NCBI GenBank assembly: GCA_965215335.1
Contig: CBDCDA010000001.1
Coordinates: 224,001 to 288,000 of the forward strand
Length of the DNA stretch: 64,000 nt
Direction: 5' to 3'
Source: an uncultured Candidatus Entotheonella sp.
GTDB taxonomy: Bacteria > Tectomicrobia > Entotheonellia > Entotheonellales > Entotheonellaceae
The notes beneath the pieces were generated by a model. The model searched no databases. It was not told the DNA's origin and saw nothing but the letters and a program-made list of their open reading frames with translations. The translations under genes were made by a program, and so were the position numbers. This document shows, piece by piece, positions 38,042 to 49,164 of this stretch. Every line of letters starts with the position of its first letter. The first letter of the stretch is position 1.

Positions 38042-40912
38042 ATGAGAGTTGCCCGTCCTTGGCTGCGAGTCCTGTTGGGTGGTGTGGTGCTGTTCGGCTG
38101 GCTGCTGTCCGTCGGGGCGGCGGCGGATCTGGACCTGGAGGCGCCGTTGCCGGTGGACCCGGCGGTGCGGCGGGGAACCCTGGACAACGGGATGTCGTAT
38201 TGGGTGCGGTCGCATGTCACGCCGCCAGGGAAGATCGCGTTCTGGTTGCACGTCTCGACGGGGTCGCTGAACGAGAGGGACGGGCAGGAAGGGATGGCGC
38301 ACTTCCTGGAACACATGGCGTTCAACGGCTCGGAAAATTTTCCGCCGGGTGAGTTGCTGCCGTACTTCGAATCCATCGGGCTGCGATTCGGCCAGCACCA
38401 AAACGCCTTCACCAGCCTCGACCAGACGACGTACATCCTGACGCTGCCGGACACCAAGCCCGAGACGATCGACAAAGGGCTCCTGTATCTCTCCGACGTG
38501 GCGTTTCGGATGCTGCTGCTTCCGGAAGAGATCGACAAGGAAAGAAGCGTCATTCTGGAGGAAAAGCGGGCGCGGAAGGGCACACGGCAACGGCTCATGG
38601 AACAATTCCTGCCGGCTGTCTTGCCGGGCTCGCGCGTGGCGCGGCGTCTGCCCATCGGTCTGGACGAGACGCTCAATGCCATCCAGCGCGAGGACATGCT
38701 GGACTACTACTCGACCTGGTACCACCCCGCCAAGACGACCTTGCTGGCGGTCGGGGACCTCCCGGTCGACACGATGGTAGCTGCGATCAAACGCCATTTC
38801 GACGGCTGGCAGCGTCCGGACCCGGCGCCGCAGGACCTGGAAGCGGGCATCCGGCCTCATGAGGGATCGCGCGCCGTGGTCCTGACCGACCCCGAGTTGA
38901 CTGTCGCCCGCCTGGAGACGTTGGCTGTCATGCCCTACGCGCCGCGCCAAACGGTCGGCGATTACCGGCGGCATCTCGTTGAGCAGGTGGGCACCTGGAT
39001 CGTCAACCGGCGCATGGAGCAGCGCGTCCAGGAAGGCGACGTGCCGTATCAGGATGCGGGCACGTATATTTCCCGGTTCTTCGGTGTCGCCCGGCAGGCG
39101 GTTGCGGGCGCAGAAGCGGCGCCCGCAAACTGGAGTGACGCCTTTCGGGCCCTGATCCAGGACATGCAGATGGCGCGCCACCACGGCTTCTCGCCCGAGG
39201 AGTTGGATACCGCAATGCGCGCTTTGCAGGCGGAGGCGGAGCAGGCCGCGCAAACGGAAGTGACGCGCGACGCGCACGCCTTGTTGGGCACCATGAACCG
39301 CGCCTTGAGTCGCGGCGAACTGCCGCGCTCGGCTTCCCAGACCGTGGCCTTGGTGAAGGACATCCTGCCCACCATTACCGCCGAAGAAACCGCGGCGACC
39401 TTTGCGGCGCGCTTCAAACCGGGCAGGCAGGTGCACATTCTGATTCTGCCCGAGCAGGCGGACGTACCCGCGCCCAGCCGTGACGACGTGTTGAAAGTCG
39501 TTCAGGATGCGTTGGCGCGGCCGGTGGCGGCCTGGCAGAGCAAAGAGCGACCGACCGAGCTATTGGCGCAGGACCCGCAGCCGGGCGACATCATCGAACG
39601 CACGCATTTCGCCCCGTTGGCCGTCACGCACGTGACGTTTGCCAACCAGGCCCGGTTGCACTACCGATTCATGGATTTCAAGAGGGATCACGTTTCGGTG
39701 ACGGTGACACTGGCGGGCGGGCGCATCCGCGAAACCGCCGGCCAGCGCGGCATCACCGCGGTGGCCACGCAGCCGCTGACGAAGCCCGCCACCTCGCAGT
39801 TCTCGTCCACCGACATCCGCGACATGATGACCGGCAAGCAGGTACAGGTGCAGGGTCAGGCCGATGCCGACTCGATCACCCTTACGGTGTCGGGCACGCC
39901 GGAGGCCCTGGAAGACGGCCTGCGGCTGGTTCACCTCTTGATGCGTGACGCCAGGATCGAGCCGACGCTGGTGGAGTTGTGGAAGAATCAGGAGTCGCAG
40001 GCCCTGGCCTCGCAACGCACGGACATTGGCGCCCGCAGCTACGAGGCGGCGCGGCTGGTCCTGAGCGGCAACGACCCGCGGCAGGCCACGCTGACGCCGG
40101 AGCAGATCGCCGCGCGCGCGGCAGCCGTTCCGGCGGCGCAAGCCTGGCTTGACGCCATCCTGCGGTCGGCGCCAATGGAAATCGCCATCGTCGGCGATAT
40201 TCCCGAGGGGCGGGCGATTCAACTCGCCGCCACCTACCTGGGCTCGCTGCCGCCGCGTCAGCGCCACGACCCTGGTTTGGAGCCACTGCGAGAGGTGGCC
40301 GGATTCACGGGGCCCGTCACGCAGACGATCGAGGTCGAAACCATCACCCCGCGCGCCCACCCCATCCTGATGTGGCGCTCCACCCCCTGGCGCGAGGTGC
40401 GCGCTCGTCGTCTCATGTTCATGGCCGCCCGCATTCTGGAACGCCGCATCCGCAAGGAAATCCGCGAGGATCGCGGCCTGACGTATTCTGCCGAGACGTA
40501 CGTGCATCCCAGCCGGGTCTATCCCGCCATGAGCGCCCTGTACGTGGATTTCACCGCCGACCCGGATAAAGTGACCGAAGCCGTGATGGTAGCGAAAAAG
40601 ACGGTCGAGGAATTCGCCGCCGCGGGGCCGACCGATGAGGAGGTCGAAACGGTTCGCAAGCAATTGCGCAACAGCCTGGAAACGATGCTGAAGGAGCCCC
40701 GGTTCTGGGTGTACATCCTGGCCGACATGGAATACCACGGCACGCGCCTGGAGGATGTCGTCGGCCTGGTGGACAAGCTGATGGCGTATTCCAAGGCCGA
40801 CATCGCCGCGCAGGTCCGAAAGGTCATCGTGCCGGAACGCTTCGCCCTGGTCATCGCCACGCCCAAGGCTGCCGCGGCAAACGACCGCGAGGCGCAACGC
40901 GACGTTCGCTGA
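38042..40912 (+). CDS. M16 family zinc protease (PqqL-like) with signal peptide
   Basis: GMAHFLEHMAFNGS, NAFTS, IREDRGLTY. Confidence 0.9.
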   Translation: MRVARPWLRVLLGGVVLFGWLLSVGAAADLDLEAPLPVDPAVRRGTLDNGMSYWVRSHVTPPGKIAFWLHVSTGSLNERDGQEGMAHFLEHMAFNGSENFPPGELLPYFESIGLRFGQHQNAFTSLDQTTYILTLPDTKPETIDKGLLYLSDVAFRMLLLPEEIDKERSVILEEKRARKGTRQRLMEQFLPAVLPGSRVARRLPIGLDETLNAIQREDMLDYYSTWYHPAKTTLLAVGDLPVDTMVAAIKRHFDGWQRPDPAPQDLEAGIRPHEGSRAVVLTDPELTVARLETLAVMPYAPRQTVGDYRRHLVEQVGTWIVNRRMEQRVQEGDVPYQDAGTYISRFFGVARQAVAGAEAAPANWSDAFRALIQDMQMARHHGFSPEELDTAMRALQAEAEQAAQTEVTRDAHALLGTMNRALSRGELPRSASQTVALVKDILPTITAEETAATFAARFKPGRQVHILILPEQADVPAPSRDDVLKVVQDALARPVAAWQSKERPTELLAQDPQPGDIIERTHFAPLAVTHVTFANQARLHYRFMDFKRDHVSVTVTLAGGRIRETAGQRGITAVATQPLTKPATSQFSSTDIRDMMTGKQVQVQGQADADSITLTVSGTPEALEDGLRLVHLLMRDARIEPTLVELWKNQESQALASQRTDIGARSYEAARLVLSGNDPRQATLTPEQIAARAAAVPAAQAWLDAILRSAPMEIAIVGDIPEGRAIQLAATYLGSLPPRQRHDPGLEPLREVAGFTGPVTQTIEVETITPRAHPILMWRSTPWREVRARRLMFMAARILERRIRKEIREDRGLTYSAETYVHPSRVYPAMSALYVDFTADPDKVTEAVMVAKKTVEEFAAAGPTDEEVETVRKQLRNSLETMLKEPRFWVYILADMEYHGTRLEDVVGLVDKLMAYSKADIAAQVRKVIVPERFALVIATPKAAAANDREAQRDVR

Positions 40913-40935
40913 CGTGCGAGGTGCGCGGCGGACGC

Positions 40936-42159
40936 CTAGCCCTGCAAGAGCCGGTTCGCCGCCTGCTCCAGGTGTTCCAGCGTCCAGCACTCCAGCACGT
41001 CGTCGCAGAACGGCGCGTACACCCCGATGATCGAATCCCCCGTATCCCACTCGCGGCGCGGCTCCGGGTTGAGCCACAAGATGCGGCGGCTGCGTTGACG
41101 AATTTCCTCCAGCGTCCAGAACTGCGCGTCAAAGGCATTGTTGCGCGCGTCCCCCAGAACGACCACCACTGTCTCGTGCGTCAGTTCGTCCAGGTAATCG
41201 CGGTAGAACTGATAGAAGGCGCGCCCGAAGTCGCTGAATCCGAAGAGGTTGAGCTGCGGAACCTGGCGCAGGGTCTTGAGGTCCTGGGGAAAGCGCATGC
41301 GGCGGAACAGGTCGGTCACCTCGACCATGCCGTTGACGAACACCAGGCTGCGCACCTGACTGAACTCGGCTTGCAGGGTGTGTACGAGCTTCAGCAGAAA
41401 CGTGGAGACCTGCCACACCGAGCCGGACACGTCGCACAGCACCATGAGCCGAAGCTTGGTTTGCTTACGGCGCCGGTGGATCAGGGTGAAGGGAACTTCG
41501 GTGCCGCTGCGCAGACCCTGCAGCACGGTGCCCCGCAGGTCCACCCGCCCATGACGGGCACGTCGGTAACGCAGGGCGCGGCGGGTCAGCAGTTGAATGG
41601 CGAGGCGTTCGACCTGGCGATACATGTCTTCCAGGCGATCGGGCGGAAACGGGCGATCGAGACGCGTGTGGAGCGCCTGCATGCCCGGTTTTTCGGGCTG
41701 CACCACCACGGGACCCAGGGGTGCCTTCAGTTGCTGCTGCCAAGCTCGCTGCAGGGCGTCCAGTCTCTCCTGAGCCTGCGACTGGACGGGGTCGGCGGAC
41801 GGCCGCCCCTTGCGCTGGTGCAGGGCGCACAGCGACGGCGGGGAGGCCGACGAGCCACCGTCGTGGCGGGCGTGCGGCGTTGGCCGTTGGCCCGCCTCGT
41901 TGCCGTTCTGGTGCTGGTGTTTCGACCGTCGCCGCTTGCGCCGCCGCGGCACGGTGAAGAAGCGCTGGAACAGGGTGTCGAACAGGCTGAAATCGCGCTG
42001 CGACTTGATCAGGATGGTGCGCAGGCCGAGGCGCAGCAACTCGCGGTCGTCCAGGCCGACGTGGCCAATGCTGCGCAGGGCTTCGAGACTCTCGGCCACG
42101 GAAACGCGCAGCCCCTGTTCACGCAGCAGGCGCACGAAGGCGAGAAGGCGAGGGGTCAT
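40936..42159 (-). CDS. CoxE-like VWA domain protein
   Basis: LCDVSGS, SDFG, LGDARNN, WLNPEP. Confidence 0.88.
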   Translation of the reverse strand: MTPRLLAFVRLLREQGLRVSVAESLEALRSIGHVGLDDRELLRLGLRTILIKSQRDFSLFDTLFQRFFTVPRRRKRRRSKHQHQNGNEAGQRPTPHARHDGGSSASPPSLCALHQRKGRPSADPVQSQAQERLDALQRAWQQQLKAPLGPVVVQPEKPGMQALHTRLDRPFPPDRLEDMYRQVERLAIQLLTRRALRYRRARHGRVDLRGTVLQGLRSGTEVPFTLIHRRRKQTKLRLMVLCDVSGSVWQVSTFLLKLVHTLQAEFSQVRSLVFVNGMVEVTDLFRRMRFPQDLKTLRQVPQLNLFGFSDFGRAFYQFYRDYLDELTHETVVVVLGDARNNAFDAQFWTLEEIRQRSRRILWLNPEPRREWDTGDSIIGVYAPFCDDVLECWTLEHLEQAANRLLQG

Positions 42160-43097
42160 CGCTTCACGTCTTGCAACACGCGGGCAATGTCGTCTTTGTC
42201 TTTCAGCAAGATATTGAGCGTATCGACGATGAGTTGGCGGGACAGCACATCGGCGCCGAGCACCACGAGCGCCAGTGCCCAATCCAGGGTTTCGCTGATG
42301 CTGGGCGTCTTACGCAGTTGGAGCTTCCGCACGCGCTGGATGAACCGCACGATGTGCGTGGCCAGATGGTGATCGATGCCGGGCACCTTGCGCTGCACGA
42401 TCTGCAGTTCGAGATCAAAGGCCGGCTGGTCGATATAGAGATAAAAACAGCGCCGCTTGAGGGCCTCCGAGAGGCTGCGGGTGGCGTTGCTGGTGAGCAG
42501 AACGTGCGGCCTCTGATTAGCGCACAGCGTGCCGATTTCTGGGATACTGACCTGAAAATCGCTGAGGACCTCCAGCAGAAACGCCTCGAATTCCTGATCC
42601 GCGCGGTCAATCTCGTCGATCAGCAAGACCGTTGGCCGCGGCGACACGATGGCTTTCAGGAGGGGCCGTGGCAACAGGAAATGACGCGAAAAGAAGGCGC
42701 TCTCCTGATGTTGCAGGTGCGCCACCGCCTCGTTCAGGGAGCTGGCGTTGGCCAGCAGACTTCCCAGCCGCTCCTTGAGCATTTGCACATAGAGCAGCTG
42801 CTTACTGTACTCCCACTCGTACAGCGCCTTCGTCTCATCCAGCCCCTCGTAGCACTGCAGGCGAATGAGCTCGCGCTCGGTGGTATCCGCCAGCACCTTC
42901 GCCAGTTCCGTCTTGCCGACCCCGGGCGGCCCTTCGACGAGCAGCGGACGCTGCAACTGCGTCATCAGGTAAACGGCGGTGGCAACGTCCTTGCCGCACA
43001 CGTAATCGGCGGCGCCGAATGACTCGATGACATGCTCGACAGGAGCCAGTTTCGGGGCTTCGGCGGAGGGCACGAAAAAGGGTTGTGCAGCAACCAA
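42156..43097 (-). CDS. MoxR/CoxD family AAA+ ATPase
   Basis: EGPPGVGKT, RLQCYEG, LLIDEID, EALKRRC; TTG start uncertain. Confidence 0.88.
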   Translation of the reverse strand: MVAAQPFFVPSAEAPKLAPVEHVIESFGAADYVCGKDVATAVYLMTQLQRPLLVEGPPGVGKTELAKVLADTTERELIRLQCYEGLDETKALYEWEYSKQLLYVQMLKERLGSLLANASSLNEAVAHLQHQESAFFSRHFLLPRPLLKAIVSPRPTVLLIDEIDRADQEFEAFLLEVLSDFQVSIPEIGTLCANQRPHVLLTSNATRSLSEALKRRCFYLYIDQPAFDLELQIVQRKVPGIDHHLATHIVRFIQRVRKLQLRKTPSISETLDWALALVVLGADVLSRQLIVDTLNILLKDKDDIARVLQDVKR

Positions 43098-43116
43098 GAC
43101 GTTCTCCTGGAAACCT

Positions 43117-44358
43117 TTAGTCAAACGCCCGAAAGACCAGCGCGGCGTTGGTGCCCCCGAAGCCGAAGGCGTTGGACATGGCGACGCGCAGGGCAGCCTG
43201 CCGGGCCTCGTTGGGCACATAGTCCAAGTCGCAGCGCGGATCCGGGTGCTCGTGGTTGATCGTTGGCGGCAGGATACCCTGGCGCAAGGCCAGGATCGTG
43301 AATATCGACTCGACCGCCCCGGCGGCACCCAGCATGTGGCCAGTCATGGATTTGGTGGCGCTGACCGGCAGCGCATAGGCGCGGTCCTTGAAGACGGACT
43401 TGATGGCCATGGTCTCGGAGACGTCGCCGGCCGGCGTCGAGGTGGCGTGCGCATTGACGTAATCCACCGCATCCGCCGACAGGCCGGCATCCTGCAGAGC
43501 GACGGCCATACAGGCGGCGGCGCCGGCACCGTCCGGCGGCGGCGCAGTGATGTGATGGGCATCCGAGGCGCTGCCGTAGCCCATGAGCTCGGCATGGACA
43601 GGGGCACCACGCCGCCTGGCGTGGTGCAGTTCCTCCAGAACCAGAACGGCGGACCCCTCGGACATTACAAAGCCGTCTCGTTCACGGTCAAACGGCCGGC
43701 TCGCCCTGGCAGGGGCGTCCGCCTCCGGCGACAGGGCGCGCATATTGCCAAACGCGCTGATGGCCAGCGGCGTGATCGTCGCTTCTGCGCCGCCCGCAAT
43801 CATCACGTCGGCGGCACCGCGCAGGATGGTATGAAACGCCTCGCCAATCGAGTGGGCGCCCGCGGCGCACGCCGTCACGCTGCCGTTGTTGGGTCCGGTA
43901 GCCCCGAAGCGTATGGAAACGTGGCCCGAGGCAAGGTTGCCCAACAGCATGGCGGGAAAGATGGGCGACACCCGTTTCGGCCCCTTTTCCAGCAACACGC
44001 CATGCACGGTTTCAAGGGACTCCAGCCCGCCCATGGCACTGCCGATGTACACACCGGTGCGCTCGCCAGCGCCTCCGTCGATGTTGAGGCCGGCATCGTT
44101 CACCGCTTCCTGGCTGGCGGCGACGGCGAGCTGGCAAAAGCGGTCGGTGCGGCGAATGTCGTGTTTGTCCAGGTATTTGGCGGGGTCGAACGCGCGGACT
44201 TCTCCGGCGATATGGGCAGGGTAGGCGGTGGCGTCGAACCGCGTGATGGGGCCGATTCCCGACTCGCCGCGGCAAAGCCGCTGCCAGATGGTATCGACAT
44301 CAGTCCCGAGCGGTGTCATTGCACCAAGCCCCGTGACAACCACACGCCTGTGCATCAT
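43117..44358 (-). CDS. fabF: Beta-ketoacyl-ACP synthase II
   Basis: RRVVVTGLG, TACAAG, NAHATST, GHMLGAAG, SNAFGFGG. Confidence 0.93.
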   Translation of the reverse strand: MMHRRVVVTGLGAMTPLGTDVDTIWQRLCRGESGIGPITRFDATAYPAHIAGEVRAFDPAKYLDKHDIRRTDRFCQLAVAASQEAVNDAGLNIDGGAGERTGVYIGSAMGGLESLETVHGVLLEKGPKRVSPIFPAMLLGNLASGHVSIRFGATGPNNGSVTACAAGAHSIGEAFHTILRGAADVMIAGGAEATITPLAISAFGNMRALSPEADAPARASRPFDRERDGFVMSEGSAVLVLEELHHARRRGAPVHAELMGYGSASDAHHITAPPPDGAGAAACMAVALQDAGLSADAVDYVNAHATSTPAGDVSETMAIKSVFKDRAYALPVSATKSMTGHMLGAAGAVESIFTILALRQGILPPTINHEHPDPRCDLDYVPNEARQAALRVAMSNAFGFGGTNAALVFRAFD

Positions 44359-44442
44359 CTCTCCCCTTTCCTGCGTCAAAGCCCTGAAGGTGCCCATCAT
44401 ACAGCATGAAGGTTGCTTTTTCTTCCCCCCACGCCGGTCGCC

Positions 44443-45237
44443 CTAACGGCCCTGAAACTGCGGCGGGCGTTTCTCCAGGAAGGCGCGCCATCCCTCCTGA
44501 AAGTCCTCCGTTTCGTAGGGCGACACCGCCAGCGCCTGATGGGCCGGCGTCAGTCCGTCCAGCGCCGGATGCTCCAGAACGGTGTGCAGAATTTCCTTGT
44601 GCACGCGGTGCACGACCGGTGCCAGGGCCGCGACCCTGTTCGCCATGTCGTAGGTAAATGCCTCGACGTCGGCCGTCGGGACGACGTGATTGACGAGACC
44701 GATGGCATGTGCTTCCGCGGCCGGAATAATGGCGGCGGTGAGCAGCAGTTCCATGGTTTTGGCGTGGCCGATGAGGCGCACCATGCGGCGCATCTCGCGG
44801 TAGGCGATCGGCAACCCGAGCCGGGCAATCGGCACGCCCATGCGGGCGGTGCCAGAAGCGATACGGATATCGCAGGCCATGCTGAACTCGCAGCCGCCGC
44901 CGACGCAGGCGCCCTCGATCAGGCAGAGGGTCGGCTTGCCGACGGCTTCCGCCATGTCCATGGCGGCGTCAAAGGCGGCGTTGTACAGCGTGGCCTTGGC
45001 GGCGTTGTTGCGGTGCGTGACGAATTCGCTGATGTCGGCGCCAGCGGAAAACGCCTCGCCGCCGGCCCCCCGAAAGACGATGACGCGCACCGCCGGGTCC
45101 TCCTTCAGATCGACCAGCAGACGCTGCAAGTGGTTCCACATGGCGAAGGTGATAGCGTTGCGCCGCTCGGGACGGTTGAAGGTGACGGTGGCAATGGCTC
45201 CGTCGCTGGTCAGGAGAATCGAATCGGTCGTGGACAT
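44443..45237 (-). CDS. Enoyl-CoA hydratase/isomerase family
   Basis: NRPERRNA, FSAGADI, CVGGGCE. Confidence 0.9.
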   Translation of the reverse strand: MSTTDSILLTSDGAIATVTFNRPERRNAITFAMWNHLQRLLVDLKEDPAVRVIVFRGAGGEAFSAGADISEFVTHRNNAAKATLYNAAFDAAMDMAEAVGKPTLCLIEGACVGGGCEFSMACDIRIASGTARMGVPIARLGLPIAYREMRRMVRLIGHAKTMELLLTAAIIPAAEAHAIGLVNHVVPTADVEAFTYDMANRVAALAPVVHRVHKEILHTVLEHPALDGLTPAHQALAVSPYETEDFQEGWRAFLEKRPPQFQGR

Positions 45238-45269
45238 GAAGGCTCCATCTTTGAGGTGCAACGGTCGGA

Positions 45270-45917
45270 TTACGACTGCAAACCGGAATATGGCTTGCCC
45301 CATTCGTCCTCGTAGACGACATCTTCCAGGGGACCGCGGCTGACGGGTCCGAAGCGCCCCATGGGATAGCCGATCGGCAGGATGGCGTACGAATGAACCC
45401 CGGCGGGCAGGCCGAGCGCCGCCTCGGCTTCCTCTTCGTGCAGCAGGTGGCGCGTCGTCAGGGTCGTGCCGAGTCCCAGGGCGCGAGCGGCGAGCAGCAT
45501 GTTCTGTACCGCCGGGTAGATGGAGGCGCCGGACATGCGGCCGGGCTGCGTCGTTCCCTCGTCGAGGCAGGCCACGATCCACACCGGCGCCTCGTGGAAA
45601 TGGTCCGTCAGATATGCGACCGCAGCGTGCTGGCGCATGTAACGTTCGCGCGTCACGCCCGGCGGCGGCTCGCTGGTGAAATAACGCGGCCCGACGACCT
45701 CCTCGAAAGCACGTTTGTAGAAGACTTGCACCTGCTTCTTGATCTTCTCGTCCCTGACGATCAGGAAACGCCAGGTCTGCCGGTTGCTGCCGTTCGCGGC
45801 GGCGACGCCCGCTTCGAGAATGCGGCGGATCAGCGCGTCGGGCACCGGGTCCGGTTTCAGGCGGCGCATGGCACGGGTGGTATGGATGACGTGAAACAGG
45901 TCGGTTTCCTCAGCCAT
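45270..45917 (-). CDS. Nitroreductase family protein
   Basis: RAMRRLKPDPV, QNMLLAARALGLG, PIGYP. Confidence 0.9.
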   Translation of the reverse strand: MAEETDLFHVIHTTRAMRRLKPDPVPDALIRRILEAGVAAANGSNRQTWRFLIVRDEKIKKQVQVFYKRAFEEVVGPRYFTSEPPPGVTRERYMRQHAAVAYLTDHFHEAPVWIVACLDEGTTQPGRMSGASIYPAVQNMLLAARALGLGTTLTTRHLLHEEEAEAALGLPAGVHSYAILPIGYPMGRFGPVSRGPLEDVVYEDEWGKPYSGLQS

Positions 45918-46182
45918 GGTCCTTCTCCTCTGCTTCCCCGAACGCTCCGCGCCGAGAGCCTCGGCGCGCCGTTACCGTGCCGTTCGCCGGCGGCGACTAG
46001 CATACGGCGTCAGGCAGGCAGGCGCAAATCGTTGCGGCGTCTTATTTTGCGGCTCGCCAAGCACCTGATCTGCCCTGTGGATGCCCCCAACGCTTTGTGG
46101 TATCCTGGCCGCCCGCCGGCAGCAGGTTACGGCACTGAACTTGGTGAACCGCATAACAGTCTGGAACGTCAGTGAGGGGCAG

Positions 46183-47028
46183 GTGACTGGCAGCCGGCGA
46201 CCGCTGAACAGGGGTGTCGTGGAACTCGGCCTGCGGCGGTCCGGGCCGCGCACCGTGGTACGGGATGCCTACTTCCGAGCCCCGTTACAGATCATGCGGC
46301 CCTATTATCTGGACGACAGCGGTACGGCTTACGTCTATCTGCTGAGTCCTGGCGGCGGGGTGGTCGGCGGCGATCGTTACACGATCATGATAACGCTGGA
46401 AGCCGGTGCCCGCGCCTGCGTGACGACGGCGTCGGCAACCAAGCTCTACGCCTCGCCGGACAGCATGGCCCGCCAGCGTTTCGAGGTCAATCTGCAAGCC
46501 GGGACGGTCTTCGAGTACTTGCCGGAGCAGATCATTCCCTTCGCCCGATCCGCGTTCCATCAGGACATGACGGTGCGTCTCGGCAGCGGCGCCCTCGCCA
46601 TGCTGACGGAAATTGTCGCACCGGGTCGGCTGGCGCGCGGCGAGGCGTTCGCGTACCGCGACTACGACTCCGGTTTGAGCGTGACAGATGCGCGAGGCCG
46701 GGTGCTGTTGCGCGAGCGCACCCGCCTGCAGCCGCTACGCTGGGGCGCCGGGAACGGCTTGGGGCTGTTGGAAGGCTTCAATTATCTGGGAACCCTGTAC
46801 GTATTGAGCGAATCCTGCGGTACGCCAGGCGAATTGGCCGACGACCTGCACAGTCTCGTGGCGGATCGCCAGCGCTGTATCGGGGGCGCCAGCGCTCTGG
46901 CGCGGGGCGGTGTCGTGGTTCGTCTCTTGGCTGAGGACCATGCCACGGTAAGCCGTACCTTGCATGCCGTATGGGACCGGGTACGGCGGTGTTTGTTGGG
47001 ATATCCGGCGGTGAGATGGCGCAAGTAG
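46183..47028 (+). CDS. ureD: Urease accessory protein UreD
   Basis: GGGVVGGD, TTASATK, YLPEQIIPF, GRLARGEAF. Confidence 0.9.
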   Translation: MTGSRRPLNRGVVELGLRRSGPRTVVRDAYFRAPLQIMRPYYLDDSGTAYVYLLSPGGGVVGGDRYTIMITLEAGARACVTTASATKLYASPDSMARQRFEVNLQAGTVFEYLPEQIIPFARSAFHQDMTVRLGSGALAMLTEIVAPGRLARGEAFAYRDYDSGLSVTDARGRVLLRERTRLQPLRWGAGNGLGLLEGFNYLGTLYVLSESCGTPGELADDLHSLVADRQRCIGGASALARGGVVVRLLAEDHATVSRTLHAVWDRVRRCLLGYPAVRWRK

Positions 47029-47095
47029 CCGCAGGCAGGGGAGCAAGGGACGCCGAGGGTCGGCGTGTCCGGCAAGGAAGACAAGGGGGAAAACG

Positions 47096-48424
47096 ATGTT
47101 TGCAGGGCTGATCGACAAGTTTCGGATTCAGGGTTTGGCCACAGTGGCGGCGGGTTTTGGCCTGCTGACGGGTCTGACGCCGGACACGGTGCAGGCACAG
47201 GAAAGGGCTGTCGGTAGCGCGGGCGACACGGCTTGGGTGTTGACCTCGTCGGTGCTCGTCTTGATGATGGTGGCGCCGGGCTTGGCGCTGTTCTACGGCG
47301 GCTTGGTGCGCCGCAAGAACGTGCTGGCGACTCTGATGCAGAGCTTCATTCTGCTGGCCATGATCAGCGTGCAGTGGGTGTTGTGGGGATACAGCCTTGC
47401 CTTTGGCCCGGATATTGGCGGCGTGATCGGCAACCTCGAGTATCTTGGTCTGGCTGGGGTAGGTGGCGAGCCCGGCCCGTACGCCGATACCATTCCGCAT
47501 CTGGCGTTCATGGCGTTTCAGGGCATGTTCGCGGCCATCACCCCGGCACTCATCACGGGTGCCTTTGCCGAGCGCATGAAATTTTCCGCCTTCCTGATCT
47601 TCGGCCTGCTGTGGAGCACCCTGGTGTACGACCCGCTGGCCCACTGGGTATGGGGTGGCGGCTGGATCGGCGCCATCGGCGCGCTGGATTTTGCCGGCGG
47701 CACCGTGGTGCACATCAGTTCCGGCGTTTCCGCGCTGGTATGCGCCATCGTGCTGGGCAAGCGCCGCGGCTTTCCGTCCGAGCACATGCCGCCGCACAAC
47801 CTGCCGCTGGCTGTTGTTGGCGCCGCCCTGCTGTGGGTCGGATGGTTCGGTTTCAACGCCGGCAGCGCCCTCGGCGCGAACGAGACGGCGGCGTTCGCGT
47901 TCGTCACCACCAACACGGCGGCGGCGGCGGCGGCGCTGACCTGGATGTTCGCCGAGTGGCGTCATTCCGGCAGGCCCACCATGCTGGGCGCCGCCACCGG
48001 CGCGGTCGCGGGCTTGGTGGCGATCACCCCGGCGGCGGGCTTCGTCGGGCCGCTTTCGGCGGTCCTCATTGGCATCGTGGCCGGTTTGTTGTGCTTCGGC
48101 GCCGTGGTCATGAAAGTCCGTCTGGGATACGACGACTCCCTGGACGTTGTCGGCGTGCACGGCGTCGGCGGCGCCTGGGGTGCCCTTGCAACCGGCCTGT
48201 TTGCCGCTGCCGCGATCGGCGGCACGAACGGGTTGTTCTTCGGCAATGTGGCGCAGATGGGGCCGCAGATCGTCAGCGTGGTGGCGACCTGCGTCTATGC
48301 CGCAGCGGTGACCTGGATCATCCTCAAGCTCTTGGATCTGACGGTCGGCCTGCGGGTGTCGCAGGAAGACGAGCAGATGGGCCTCGACCTGAGTCAGCAC
48401 AACGAGGCTGGCTACACCTTGTAG
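47096..48424 (+). CDS. amtB: Ammonium transporter
   Basis: GDTAW, GLALFYGG, DFAGGTVVH, WFGFNAGS, GVHG. Confidence 0.95.
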   Translation: MFAGLIDKFRIQGLATVAAGFGLLTGLTPDTVQAQERAVGSAGDTAWVLTSSVLVLMMVAPGLALFYGGLVRRKNVLATLMQSFILLAMISVQWVLWGYSLAFGPDIGGVIGNLEYLGLAGVGGEPGPYADTIPHLAFMAFQGMFAAITPALITGAFAERMKFSAFLIFGLLWSTLVYDPLAHWVWGGGWIGAIGALDFAGGTVVHISSGVSALVCAIVLGKRRGFPSEHMPPHNLPLAVVGAALLWVGWFGFNAGSALGANETAAFAFVTTNTAAAAAALTWMFAEWRHSGRPTMLGAATGAVAGLVAITPAAGFVGPLSAVLIGIVAGLLCFGAVVMKVRLGYDDSLDVVGVHGVGGAWGALATGLFAAAAIGGTNGLFFGNVAQMGPQIVSVVATCVYAAAVTWIILKLLDLTVGLRVSQEDEQMGLDLSQHNEAGYTL

Positions 48425-48451
48425 GCGCGGGCTGCGGGGAGGATTTGTCGC

Positions 48452-48775
48452 ATGCATTTGACGCCACGCGAGGTGGACAAGCTGTTGGTGTTCGTGGCGG
48501 CGGACGTGGCGCGTCGTCGTCGTGAACGCGGATTGAAGCTGAACTACCCGGAGGCCATGGCCCTGATCACCGCGGAGATCATGGAGGGCGCCCGCGACGG
48601 GCGCTCGGTGGCGGAGCTGATGCGCTACGGCGGGCAGATTCTGCGCCACGACGAGGTCATGGAGGGCGTTCCGGCCATGCTCACCGACGTGCAGGTCGAG
48701 GCAACCTTTCCGGACGGCACCAAGCTGGTGACGGTGCACGATCCGCTGCGGGCAGGGGAGGCACAAGGTCCATGA
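48452..48775 (+). CDS. ureA: Urease gamma subunit
   Basis: [28 protein letters not shown]. Confidence 0.97.
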   Translation: MHLTPREVDKLLVFVAADVARRRRERGLKLNYPEAMALITAEIMEGARDGRSVAELMRYGGQILRHDEVMEGVPAMLTDVQVEATFPDGTKLVTVHDPLRAGEAQGP

Positions 48776-49164
48776 ATCCGGGCGAATACATCCTGCGCGC
48801 CGAGCCGGTGCAGGCCAACGTGGATCGTGACACCGTCGAGGTGGAAGTCGCCAATCACGGCGACCGCCCGATTCAGGTGGGTTCGCACGTGCATTTCTTC
48901 GAGGTCAACAAGGCCCTGACATTTCCCCGCGCCGCGGCCTTCGGCAGGCATCTCGACATTCCCGCCGGCACCGCCGTGCGTTTCGAGCCGGGTGACCGCA
49001 AGCAGGTGACGCTCGTCGCCTTTGCCGGCCGGCGCGAGATGTACGGCGTCAACAATCTGTGCAACGGCCCGCTGACCGACGAGCGGCGTGCCGAGGCGCT
49101 GGCCCGCGCGCTGAGCGCGGGCTTCGGCAACGCCGAGGCGGAACAGGAAGGAGGGCAGGGGTGA
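48772..49164 (+). CDS. ureB: Urease beta subunit
   Basis: [24 protein letters not shown]. Confidence 0.97.
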   Translation: MNPGEYILRAEPVQANVDRDTVEVEVANHGDRPIQVGSHVHFFEVNKALTFPRAAAFGRHLDIPAGTAVRFEPGDRKQVTLVAFAGRREMYGVNNLCNGPLTDERRAEALARALSAGFGNAEAEQEGGQG